Assembly (NCBI GenBank): GCA_045640725.1 | Contig: JAZUFN010000279.1 | Coordinates: forward strand, 1-36,555 | Direction: 5' to 3' | Length of the DNA: 36,555 bases | Origin: Lachnospiraceae bacterium | GTDB lineage: Bacteria; Bacillota; Clostridia; Lachnospirales; Lachnospiraceae | Shown: positions 1 to 8,169 of the stretch, piece by piece | Layout of the letters: every line of letters starts with the position of its first letter | Position numbering within the stretch: the first letter of the stretch is position 1 | The notes under the pieces: model-generated | Told to the model about the DNA's origin: nothing | Databases searched by the model: none | What the model saw: only the letters and a program-made list of their open reading frames with translations | Made by a program: the position numbers and the translations under genes

Positions 1-894
1 GAGGAGACTGCCCCGGAGGAGGAGCCTGTACCGGAAGAGAAGGCTGTACCGGAAGAAGTGCCTGTCAGAATATATGCTGAGCTTTATACCCCGAAATGTG
101 TGCTTGGAAAGGAGGACTTCGCTGAGTCAAAGGCGAAGAGCCTTATTACGAAAAACAAGGTGGAAGTAGAGGAGATATTTGGCCAATTCTTCCGCAATGC
201 CAATATACGTCGGCAAATATACAATAGTATTGAGCTGGCTCTTATTGACAAAAGTAATCCATGGATTTTAATATACGGAGAAGAAAAGACCGGCAGAACA
301 ACATTTACCAAAAGGCTTATTCTCTGTCTTTTTTCCATGGGTATCGTAAGCAATAAAAGGGTAGCAGTCACGAAGGCGTCTGTAATAAACCGCATGACTG
401 CCGACGAAATAGCGGACAGGACCAAGGGAAGCAATATTATTATTGAAAATGCTACAGGCCTTACTGAAGGTGGAATGGCAGCGCTCAGAAATATTAAGAG
501 TAAAAAGACAGAAAAAATCTGTATCTTTTTAGAAGATACAGACAAGGCTTTTGCTGATTTTATTAAGAATTTATTACCTTCCGGCGGCGGATTAAACAAC
601 AGAATTCATTTACCGAAATATAATACAGAGGACCTGTTGGGATTTGTATACGATTATGTATGTGAACAGGGCTACGGAATAGAAAAAGCGGCAGCGGATC
701 TGGTAGTTTCCTGCATTAATTCCACCAGAGCTATGACGCAGGGAGAACGCTTTATGCATGCTCTGCAGGTGGCAAGACAGTCAGTAGAGACAGCTGATGC
801 CCGCATGGCACCTGAGATATTAAAAATGGCCGCAGAAGCGGCCTTTCAGGAATACTATAGTCTTACTATTATACGTGAGGATATCACACCTTAA
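1..894 (+). CDS. AAA+ ATPase-like protein (SpoVK/CbbX-related), 5'-truncated by the window edge, with degenerate Walker A/B
   Basis: Frame 1 is open from base 1 (EETAPEEEPVPEEKAVPEEVP, a Pro/Glu-rich linker, precedes the track GTG at 58). The stop is TAA at 892-894. The layout parallels SpoVK-type AAA+ modules. The P-loop position reads GEEKTGRT (canonical GxxGxGKT). The Walker B position reads IIIEN (canonical hhhhDE). GGGLNNRI resembles the NPGLxSRF region. Confidence 0.6.
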   Translation, partial: EETAPEEEPVPEEKAVPEEVPVRIYAELYTPKCVLGKEDFAESKAKSLITKNKVEVEEIFGQFFRNANIRRQIYNSIELALIDKSNPWILIYGEEKTGRTTFTKRLILCLFSMGIVSNKRVAVTKASVINRMTADEIADRTKGSNIIIENATGLTEGGMAALRNIKSKKTEKICIFLEDTDKAFADFIKNLLPSGGGLNNRIHLPKYNTEDLLGFVYDYVCEQGYGIEKAAADLVVSCINSTRAMTQGERFMHALQVARQSVETADARMAPEILKMAAEAAFQEYYSLTIIREDITP

Positions 895-1219
895 ACTGAA
901 GCTTCATGGACTCCTTTAAATTTTGTCCACCCATGGACTTTACATTCTTAGACACATAAAGATTGTAGGAAGCATCCTTAGCATAGGCATCCATAGGTTC
1001 TATCTCAATCTCCTGAGTATCAGCATTATAGCGGATGGCAGTCTTCAGCTTATTATCGCTCATATCAGTTACGAAGAGATTGGAGTTATTTACGGTAGAC
1101 GGATCTAGTGGTGCAGAGAACTTAATGCGCCACACAAATCGACCGGTTTTGAATTTGAGATTTTGTTTTACTTTTCCTTCTACTGATTCTGGAGTAGATT
1201 CAATCTCAATAAAGTTCAT
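884..1219 (-). CDS. small stand-alone bacterial Ig-like (SbsA/Big_5-type) domain protein, no signal peptide
   Basis: 111-aa ORF. The Shine-Dalgarno GGAAGGGG lies about 4 nt upstream of the ATG at 1219. The sequence pattern (KFSAPLDPSTVNNSNLFVTD ... YNADTQEIEIEP ... YNLYVSKNVKSMGGQNL) is typical of SbsA-type Ig-like domains. The 3' end overlaps the convergent upstream gene by 11 nt. Confidence 0.6.
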   Translation of the reverse strand: MNFIEIESTPESVEGKVKQNLKFKTGRFVWRIKFSAPLDPSTVNNSNLFVTDMSDNKLKTAIRYNADTQEIEIEPMDAYAKDASYNLYVSKNVKSMGGQNLKESMKLQFKV

Positions 1220-1344
1220 AATACCCCTTCCTGATAACCATTACAGTTACTATATCTTAACATGTATAGTCATATTCTACACTTATTTTTAGGGAAAAAC
1301 AAGGAAGGAAAAAGGAAGAGAATTAGATAAAGATAAAAAATATC

Positions 1345-1373
1345 TTTACAAATTCTTAATAAAGCCGTATAAT
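1345..1373 (+). promoter_or_regulatory. sigma-A type promoter upstream of murA (-35 TTTACA, 17-nt spacer, -10 TATAAT)
   Basis: TTTACA at 1345-1350 and TATAAT at 1368-1373 with an exact 17-nt spacer. An A/G-rich tract lies upstream at 1291-1340. The predicted leader is about 110 nt. Confidence 0.6.
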
Positions 1374-1489
1374 AAAGGGTGCATTTCTAGGACATCAGTC
1401 CCAGAAATGGTCGTCAAGAATTAGACTTGATAGAAAAAAGGAGAAATGCTCTTAGTGTATTATTAAGTACTACATTGGAGTTAAAATAT

Positions 1490-2788
1490 ATGGATCAGTA
1501 TGTGATTAAAGGCGGTACACCCCTTCATGGTGAGGTGACCATCAGTGGTGCCAAGAATTCAGCATTGGGTATCGTTGCTGCCGCAGCTTTAACTGAAGAG
1601 ACAGTTACCATAAAGAATGTCCCTGATATCAGAGATATCAACGTTTTATTACGCGCAATGGAGGAAATCGGTGCCAGAGTAGACCGTATAGGCGCTCAGA
1701 CAGTTCGCATTAATGCGAAGAATGTTTCCCCTCTGGCAGTGGACAGCGAGTATGTCAGAAAGATCAGAGGATCTTATTATTTGATTGGAGCATTACTTGG
1801 CCGTTTCAATAGGGCTCAGGTAGTTCTTCCCGGTGGTTGTAATATTGGACCGCGACCTATCGATCAGCACGTAAAGGGCTTTGAGAAGCTGGGCGCCAGA
1901 GTAGAGATGAAGCATGGTATGGTGGTGGCAGAGGCTGACCATCTTAAGGGTTCACATATTTACCTGGATATGGCTTCTGTAGGAGCTACCATTAATATTA
2001 TGTTGGCTTCATGTATGGCTGAGGGCCAGACTACCATTGAGAATCCTGCCAAGGAGCCTCATGTGGTAGATGTAGCCAATTTCCTGAACAGTATGGGAGC
2101 CAATATCAAGGGCGCAGGTACTGACGTTATCAGAGTTACAGGCGTGAAAAAGCTTCACGCTACTACATATTCCATCATTCCCGACCAGATTGAAGCCGGT
2201 ACATTCATGGTAGCCGCAGCAGCTACACGTGGCGATGTGGTTATCAGAAATGTTATCCCTAAGCATCTTGAGGCTATTACAGCAAAGCTTCTTGAGGTAG
2301 GGGTTGAAGTAGAGGAAATGGATGATGCTGTTCGTGTTCACTGTGACAAGAGGACAGGCAATACCCACATTAAGACTCTTCCATATCCCGGTTTCCCGAC
2401 AGATATGCAGCCACAGATTACTACACTTCTGGTTCTTTCCAAGGGTACTTCTGTTATTACTGAGGGTATTTACGAAAGCCGATTTAAGTATGTTGATGAA
2501 TTGGTACGTATGGGTGCCAGCATCAAGGTTGAAAACGCTACAGCTGTTGTAGATGGCGTAGAAGGCCTTACAGGTGCTACATTGTCTGCATCTGATCTTC
2601 GTGCAGGCGCTGCACTTGTTATTGCTGGTCTCACAGCAGAGGGCTTTACCACTGTTGAGAACATCGAGTACGTTGAGCGTGGTTACGAGAAATTCGAAGA
2701 AAAGCTGAATAAGCTGGGAGCTGTCATCAAGAAAATCGATTCTGAAGATGAAAAGGCTATCAGAAAATTCAAGTTGAAAGTTTGTTAA
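1490..2788 (+). CDS. murA: UDP-N-acetylglucosamine 1-carboxyvinyltransferase
   Basis: Full-length MurA-like sequence (KGGTPLHGEVTISGAKNS, active-site loop PGGCNIGPRPID with Cys retained). The start was moved from the track TTG at 1427 to the ATG at 1490, which is preceded by GGAG at about 1477. Confidence 0.95.
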   Translation: MDQYVIKGGTPLHGEVTISGAKNSALGIVAAAALTEETVTIKNVPDIRDINVLLRAMEEIGARVDRIGAQTVRINAKNVSPLAVDSEYVRKIRGSYYLIGALLGRFNRAQVVLPGGCNIGPRPIDQHVKGFEKLGARVEMKHGMVVAEADHLKGSHIYLDMASVGATINIMLASCMAEGQTTIENPAKEPHVVDVANFLNSMGANIKGAGTDVIRVTGVKKLHATTYSIIPDQIEAGTFMVAAAATRGDVVIRNVIPKHLEAITAKLLEVGVEVEEMDDAVRVHCDKRTGNTHIKTLPYPGFPTDMQPQITTLLVLSKGTSVITEGIYESRFKYVDELVRMGASIKVENATAVVDGVEGLTGATLSASDLRAGAALVIAGLTAEGFTTVENIEYVERGYEKFEEKLNKLGAVIKKIDSEDEKAIRKFKLKVC

Positions 2789-2815
2789 TCACATTTATCT
2801 TACAATAAAAATAAT

Positions 2816-2840
2816 CCCAGCTTGCGAGCTGGGTTTTTTT
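2816..2840. terminator. intrinsic terminator between convergent murA and the HD-GYP gene
   Basis: Hairpin CCCAGCT-TGCG-AGCTGGG (2816-2833) followed by T7 (2834-2840). There is an A-rich run on the other side, so it may act in both directions. Confidence 0.8.
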
Positions 2841-2848
2841 ATTGCTGT

Positions 2849-3979
2849 TTATACGATTCCAACAATGGTCAGGTCTCTTTCCTTGGAAAGGTCTACGCAT
2901 TTTGAATTCAGAAGCTTGATAATAGGTCTGGCCGGGGTATGCTTGTTGACCATAACTATTTCGCCTATATTACCATTGCTAAGAAGCACATACTGGTGCT
3001 GATAGGTAGATACCACATGGTCCATAAAGGTCATAAGATATTTGGTATCATACTTGGTTAATCCATCTTTTTCGAATTCATTTAAAACTTCCAGCGGACA
3101 TATAGGACCGCGATAGCAGCGAGCTGCTGTCATGGCATCGTAAACATCGGCAATAGCAACGATCTTGGCAAAATCGTCTATTTCGTCAGCTGTGCGCTTT
3201 TCCGGATAACCGCTTCCGTCACAACGTTCGTGATGCTGAAGGGCAGCCTTGCTGATTCTTTTATCAATGGGAAGATCCTTTAACAGGGCGTAGCCGGCTG
3301 TGGTGTGGGATTTTATGGTCTCATACTCGGCAGCTGTCAAAGCTCCTTTTTTCTTGAGAATTTTATCGGGGATTGTAAGTTTACCTACATCGTGGAGAAG
3401 ACCGGCCAAAGTAAGTATTTCCAAATCCTCTTTGCTGATCTTAAGCCACTGGCCGAAAACATTACAAATCAGAGCTACATTGATACCGTGAACAAAGGTG
3501 AGATCGTCCAACGAACGGATACACATAAGCATGTCAAGCAGCTTTCCGGAAGTCTCCACAGAATTGTACATATGCTTGACCTGGTCCAGAAGCTCTGCGG
3601 TATTTAGTCCACCTTTGTTTTTTGCAAAGTTGCTGAGGGAAGATGAATAAATATCCAATGTCTGCTTATAGTTTTGAGCGAATTTTTTGTAGTCTTCACT
3701 TTTCTTTACGCGTTCTGTGTAAGAGATAGACTCATCCTGCATATTATCCGAGGTTTCAGATTTACGCTTCGGAGCAGGCTTCTCATCAGCCTCTGCGTCA
3801 GTGGGCTCATCCAATTCGATATATATTTCGCGAACAGAATAGAACTTAAGACGTGTTATGCTTCTGTCGGTCAGCACAGTACCCTTGTTCAGCACCATCT
3901 GATCGCCGGAAGTATATACATCTTCAGCTACAGTCATTCCCGGTTTAATTTTTGCAGTTGATATTTTCTGCGTTGTCAT
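2849..3979 (-). CDS. HD-GYP domain cyclic-di-nucleotide phosphodiesterase
   Basis: HD motif LLHDVGK and HHERCDGSGYP (HHExxDGxGYP). The start was trimmed to the ATG at 3979 (MTTQKIS), preceded by GGAGGG. The track start at 4051 has no Shine-Dalgarno and adds a hydrophobic junk-like leader. Confidence 0.85.
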   Translation of the reverse strand: MTTQKISTAKIKPGMTVAEDVYTSGDQMVLNKGTVLTDRSITRLKFYSVREIYIELDEPTDAEADEKPAPKRKSETSDNMQDESISYTERVKKSEDYKKFAQNYKQTLDIYSSSLSNFAKNKGGLNTAELLDQVKHMYNSVETSGKLLDMLMCIRSLDDLTFVHGINVALICNVFGQWLKISKEDLEILTLAGLLHDVGKLTIPDKILKKKGALTAAEYETIKSHTTAGYALLKDLPIDKRISKAALQHHERCDGSGYPEKRTADEIDDFAKIVAIADVYDAMTAARCYRGPICPLEVLNEFEKDGLTKYDTKYLMTFMDHVVSTYQHQYVLLSNGNIGEIVMVNKHTPARPIIKLLNSKCVDLSKERDLTIVGIV

Positions 3980-4032
3980 ACGTATAATCCCTCCAGGGTA
4001 TAGATACAAATACCCACCTAATAGATTATATG

Positions 4033-4066
4033 AAAAAAACAGATTGGTCAATATACATGACCAATC
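4033..4066 (-). terminator. intrinsic terminator of metK
   Basis: On the minus strand: GATTGGTCA-tgtatat-TGACCAATC followed by a U-run (the complement of A7 at 4033-4039). It lies 40 nt after the metK stop. Confidence 0.8.
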
Positions 4067-4105
4067 CGTATGAAAAATATAAGAGTTTTTTTAGAATTGA
4101 ATAAA

Positions 4106-5302
4106 CTACTGCAGTGCAGCCTTTAATATGTCCACCTTATCTACCTTTTCCCAAGGCAGATCCAGGTCGGTACGGCCAAAATGGCCATAAGCTGCAGTTT
4201 GCTTGTATATAGGACGACGGAGGTCCAGCATTTGGATAATGCCGGCAGGACGAAGATCAAAGGTCTTCTTAACAAGCGCTGTAAGCTCATTGTCAGAAAG
4301 CTTACCTGTGCCAAAAGTATCAATCATAACGGAAGTAGGCTCAGCAACACCGATAGCATAAGAAAGCTGTACTTCGCATCTCTTGGCAAGGCCGGCTGCA
4401 ACAATGTTCTTAGCGACATAACGGGCAGCGTAAGCTGCGGAACGGTCTACTTTGGTGCAGTCCTTACCGGAGAATGCGCCGCCGCCGTGACGGGCATAGC
4501 CACCGTAAGTATCTACTATAATCTTACGGCCTGTAAGTCCGGAGTCTCCGCAAGGGCCACCGATAACAAAACGGCCTGTAGGATTAATAAGGAATCTGGT
4601 ATTCTCATCCACAAGCTCAGCAGGAACTACAGGATTAATTACAAATTCGCGAATGTCTGCATGGATCTGCTCCTGGGGAACCTCAGGACCATGCTGTGTG
4701 GAAATAACTACTGTGTTTAAATGAACCGGATTGCCATTCTCATCATATTCAATGGTAACCTGGCTCTTTCCGTCCGGGCGAAGGTAAGGAAGAATACCAT
4801 CCTTACGTACCTTTGTCAGCTGACGGGTAAGCTTGTGAGCCAGTGCAATAGGATATGGCATAAGCTCCTCTGTCTCATCGGATGCGTAACCAAACATCAT
4901 ACCCTGGTCGCCTGCACCGATAGCTGCTATTTCAGAATCAGTCATTCTGTTTTCCTTTGCTTCCAGAGCCTTATCAACACCCATGGCGATATCGGTGGAT
5001 TGCTTGTCCAGTGCTACAAGAACACCGCAGGTATTGCCGTCAAAACCGATTTCTGATGAATTGTAACCGATATCACAAACTGTTTTTCTGACAATTTTCT
5101 GATAATCAACATTGGCAGTAGTGGTAATCTCACCCATTACTACTACAAATCCTGTAGTGCAGGCAGTCTCGCAGGCAACACGTGCCATGGGATCCTGCTC
5201 CATAATAGCGTCCAAGATAGCGTCTGAGATATTATCGCAGACTTTGTCGGGATGCCCCTCTGTTACTGACTCTGAAGTAAAAAGTCTCTTTTCTTTTTCC
5301 AT
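4106..5302 (-). CDS. metK: S-adenosylmethionine synthetase
   Basis: 398 aa with hallmark MetK motifs ([28 protein letters not shown]). Confidence 0.97.
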   Translation of the reverse strand: MEKEKRLFTSESVTEGHPDKVCDNISDAILDAIMEQDPMARVACETACTTGFVVVMGEITTTANVDYQKIVRKTVCDIGYNSSEIGFDGNTCGVLVALDKQSTDIAMGVDKALEAKENRMTDSEIAAIGAGDQGMMFGYASDETEELMPYPIALAHKLTRQLTKVRKDGILPYLRPDGKSQVTIEYDENGNPVHLNTVVISTQHGPEVPQEQIHADIREFVINPVVPAELVDENTRFLINPTGRFVIGGPCGDSGLTGRKIIVDTYGGYARHGGGAFSGKDCTKVDRSAAYAARYVAKNIVAAGLAKRCEVQLSYAIGVAEPTSVMIDTFGTGKLSDNELTALVKKTFDLRPAGIIQMLDLRRPIYKQTAAYGHFGRTDLDLPWEKVDKVDILKAALQ

Positions 5303-5342
5303 ATTATTCCTTTCTATTGTGTTTTTTCTATGAGCGATATAG

Positions 5343-5371
5343 AAAAAAACAGATCCGCATATAAGCGGACC
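5343..5371 (-). terminator. riboswitch expression-platform terminator upstream of metK
   Basis: Minus-strand RNA GGUCCGC-uuauau-GCGGAUC followed by UGUUUUUUU. It is located between the S-box aptamer and the metK Shine-Dalgarno. Confidence 0.85.
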
Positions 5372-5391
5372 CTAATTAACCATTTAGAATC

Positions 5392-5513
5392 CTCTTATTG
5401 TTCGATATGTATCACCATGAATTTGATGAAATCGCTCAATTTGGCACCTTCCCGAAACGGGGGTTGTCGTGACTTCATAGAGCTGTTTACTCTCCGTCAC
5501 TCGTAATAAGAGA
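5392..5513 (-). promoter_or_regulatory. SAM-I (S-box) riboswitch aptamer
   Basis: The minus-strand RNA reads CUCUUAU..GAG..GGAG..GCUC.AUGAAG..CAACC-CCCGuuuCGGG-AAGGUGCCAAAUU...AAUAAGAG. The P1 strands are CUCUUAU/AUAAGAG. The conserved GCAACC...GGUGCCAA core is present. A terminator and then metK follow. Confidence 0.9.
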
Positions 5514-5539
5514 TTAGTGCATAATATAATACGATAGAA

Positions 5540-5568
5540 ATTATGGACCCAATTGCAAATTTTGTCAA
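5540..5568 (-). promoter_or_regulatory. sigma-A type promoter for the S-box/metK transcript
   Basis: On the minus strand: TTGACA (complement of 5563-5568), a 17-nt spacer, then CATAAT (complement of 5540-5545). It lies about 25 nt upstream of the aptamer. Confidence 0.65.
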
Positions 5569-5832
5569 GAAAATTTCAATAATCTTTGCCTGAACCCCTT
5601 GAAAATCAAAGAAAGTGTTGGACTTTTGTTGGAAAAAGTCTGATATACTCGATGCGGGAGTTTATATTTATAAACTTTTTACATTTTATCACTTCACAAA
5701 TGTTACAAAAGTGCTACACTTATAAAGTGTATAAAGAATTGAGTAACAAATAGACAGGCTTGTTAATCCGATTCCATCGGAAATATTATAGGCTTTGAGA
5801 AGAAAGCCATATTACTTTGGGGTAAACTTTAT

Positions 5833-7308
5833 ATGACTCTTAGAAGAAAATTGAGGGTGGCCTTTTTGGGGATGTTGATATTACCAATACTATTGGTATG
5901 CATCATAGGCTTCACTACAATTAAAATTCAGATACATGTCATGAATGACAAGTATGGCTCCAACTATTCCTTTTTACAGATTTTGTGGCAGCCACTCCAG
6001 TTTATGTATCAGATTACGGAACAGCCCTTTGATGACATGAAGACAATAGCATCAGATAATCCCATGCAGCTTTTTGACCGGGATTATTTGAACAGTGTGA
6101 ATGACTTATTGGATGACAGATACTCTTATCTGGTGGTTTTACAGGATGGTAAGGCGACCTATGTGGGGGACAGCGAAGATTATACGGAGCGAGGCGATAC
6201 CATTCTGTCGTCTATAGAATGTACCAATAGCGGTGGAAGTACCTATCTGAATTCCTCAGATCCGCTTATGGTGAAGCATTGCCAATTCCGGTATTCCGAT
6301 GGCAGCGATGGGCTATTCATTATAATAACCCGCGTGTCACCCGTGCTTAGCAATATCGGCATTAGCCTGGTAGCTCTTATTATCATTTGTATACTGGCTC
6401 TGGCGATAACAGCTATGAGTGTCAGCGCTTGGCTTTTCAGAGGTGTACTGGTGCCTATTGATACTTTAAGAAAAGCTACCAGAGAGATAGGCTCGGGCAA
6501 TCTGAATTATAAAGTGTCCAGAAGCTCTGCAGATGAGATAGGACAGCTGTGTGACGATTTTGAAGAGATGCGTCGTCACCTGAAGACTCAGATAGATTCA
6601 AAAGAACAATATGAGATTGATTCCAGAGAGATGATAAGTAATATCTCTCATGATCTGAAAACACCACTGACGGCTATTAAAGGCTACGCGGAGGGTATGC
6701 TGGATGGCGTGGCAGAATCTCCTGAAAAACGACAAAAGTACTTAAAGACTATTGTTGCCAGGGCTACGGACATGACGGGCTTGGTAGACGAGCTGTCATA
6801 TTATTCCAAGCTGGATACCAACAAGCTTCCCTATAAGTTTGAGACAGTCCCTGCCAATGCTTATTTCCGAGACTGTGTGGAAGAAAATGAGCTGGAGCTG
6901 GAGATGAAGGACTTTGAAATCAGTTTCCAGACAGAGATAGCCAACGAAATAAACGTGATTATGGACTGTGAGCAGATAAGACGTGTCATGAACAATCTTA
7001 TAGGCAATGCAGTTAAGTATAGAAATGAAGAAATACACGGCGTGCTGATGGTAAAGCTTACTGACGCCGACGATTCTGTGAGAATATCTGTTATAGACAA
7101 CGGCATAGGTATCTCCAAGGAAGCATTACCGCACATTTTTGACAGATTTTATCGTGCGGACAAATCAAGAACTGCCGGTCGGGCCGGAACGGGCCTTGGC
7201 CTAGCAATAGTGAAAAAAATAGTGGTTGAACACGGGGGCAGGGTGTTTGCCAGAAGCGAGATAGGAAAAGGAACAACTATTTCGTTTACGGTAAAGAAAG
7301 GAGCATAA
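5833..7308 (+). CDS. sensor histidine kinase (two TM segments, extracytoplasmic domain of about 150 aa, HAMP, HisKA, HATPase_c)
   Basis: H-box ISHDLKTPLT, N-box NLIGNAVKY, G1 DNGIGI, G2 GTGLGLAI. There are hydrophobic segments near residues 10-30 and 175-200. Confidence 0.9.
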   Translation: MTLRRKLRVAFLGMLILPILLVCIIGFTTIKIQIHVMNDKYGSNYSFLQILWQPLQFMYQITEQPFDDMKTIASDNPMQLFDRDYLNSVNDLLDDRYSYLVVLQDGKATYVGDSEDYTERGDTILSSIECTNSGGSTYLNSSDPLMVKHCQFRYSDGSDGLFIIITRVSPVLSNIGISLVALIIICILALAITAMSVSAWLFRGVLVPIDTLRKATREIGSGNLNYKVSRSSADEIGQLCDDFEEMRRHLKTQIDSKEQYEIDSREMISNISHDLKTPLTAIKGYAEGMLDGVAESPEKRQKYLKTIVARATDMTGLVDELSYYSKLDTNKLPYKFETVPANAYFRDCVEENELELEMKDFEISFQTEIANEINVIMDCEQIRRVMNNLIGNAVKYRNEEIHGVLMVKLTDADDSVRISVIDNGIGISKEALPHIFDRFYRADKSRTAGRAGTGLGLAIVKKIVVEHGGRVFARSEIGKGTTISFTVKKGA

Positions 7309-7309
7309 A

Positions 7310-8008
7310 ATGGCAGCAAAGATTTTAATTATTGAGGACGACGCATCCATCGCAGAACTTGAGAAAGACTACTTTGAGCTGAACGAGTACGAAGTAGTAG
7401 TAGATGCAGATGGTAAAAAGGGACTTAAGGATGCACTGGAAATGGATTACAACCTTCTTGTGCTTGATATAATGCTTCCCGGTGTGGATGGCTTCGAGAT
7501 CTGTAAGCAGGTACGTGAGGTAAAGAATGTGCCCATCATCATGGTATCTGCAAAGAAGGAAGATATTGATAAGATTAAGGGCCTGGGCTATGGTGCAGAT
7601 GACTTCATCACTAAGCCTTTCAGTCCGAATGAGCTGGTAGCACGTATTAAGGCCCACCTGGCAACATACGAGCGTCTGTCAGGTGACGGTGCAAGAGCCA
7701 ATGAAATCATTGAAATTCGTGGCCTTCGTATCGACAAGGGTTCCAGAAGAGTATTTATTAATGGCGAAGAGAAGAACTTCACAAAGAAGGAATTTGATCT
7801 TCTTACATTCCTTGCTGAGAATCCTGACAGAGTATTTGAGAAGGAGACCCTCTTCAACAGAATCTGGGAGATGGAGTCCTACTCAGATGGCGATATCGCT
7901 ACAGTAACAGTACATATCAAGAAGATCAGAGAAAAGATTGAAGAAGATGCAACCAATCCTCAGTACATTGAGACTATCTGGGGCAAGGGATACAGATTTA
8001 AAGTGTGA
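7310..8008 (+). CDS. OmpR/PhoB-family response regulator
   Basis: Receiver domain (ILIIEDD, LLVLDIMLPGVDG, KP) plus a winged-helix output domain (TVHIKKIREK, IETIWGKGYRF). The ATG lies 1 nt after the kinase stop, with AAAGGAG upstream. Confidence 0.93.
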   Translation: MAAKILIIEDDASIAELEKDYFELNEYEVVVDADGKKGLKDALEMDYNLLVLDIMLPGVDGFEICKQVREVKNVPIIMVSAKKEDIDKIKGLGYGADDFITKPFSPNELVARIKAHLATYERLSGDGARANEIIEIRGLRIDKGSRRVFINGEEKNFTKKEFDLLTFLAENPDRVFEKETLFNRIWEMESYSDGDIATVTVHIKKIREKIEEDATNPQYIETIWGKGYRFKV

Positions 8009-8037
8009 TTAAAAGCCGAGCATTAGGATTTTTCAGA

Positions 8038-8067
8038 GGGAATGGCGTTGCCATTCCCTTTTTTTTT
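8038..8067 (+). terminator. intrinsic terminator after the two-component operon
   Basis: GGGAATGGC-gtt-GCCATTCCC (8038-8058) followed by T9. Confidence 0.9.
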
Positions 8068-8108
8068 ACACAAATGTGACAAGGGGACGTATCTTTTTGA
8101 CACAAATC

Positions 8109-8137
8109 TTGATATGCGAGAGCTTTCAATGTATAAT
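8109..8137 (+). promoter_or_regulatory. sigma-A type promoter for the aminotransferase/ABC operon
   Basis: TTGATA at 8109-8114, a 17-nt spacer, and TATAAT at 8132-8137 with an upstream TG (extended -10 context aTGTATAAT). Confidence 0.6.
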
Positions 8138-8169
8138 AATTTAAAATTTTTAGAAAGAGGCGTGGTAAA

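Noticed and set aside
84-599. A 171-aa minus-strand ORF. Similar antisense ORFs occur at 4181-4720, 28231-28767, 12412-12804 and 16391-16801.
   Set aside because: All are embedded antisense in recognisable genes. Their low-complexity hydrophobic translations are characteristic of the reverse frame of coding sequence.
5692-5710. A Rex or CRP/FNR-type box interpretation of the CACAAATGT(T/G)ACAA motif.
   Set aside because: Half-site-like pieces (TTCACAA, TGTGA) are present. Their order and spacing do not match TTGTGAA-N4-TTCACAA or TGTGA-N6-TCACA.
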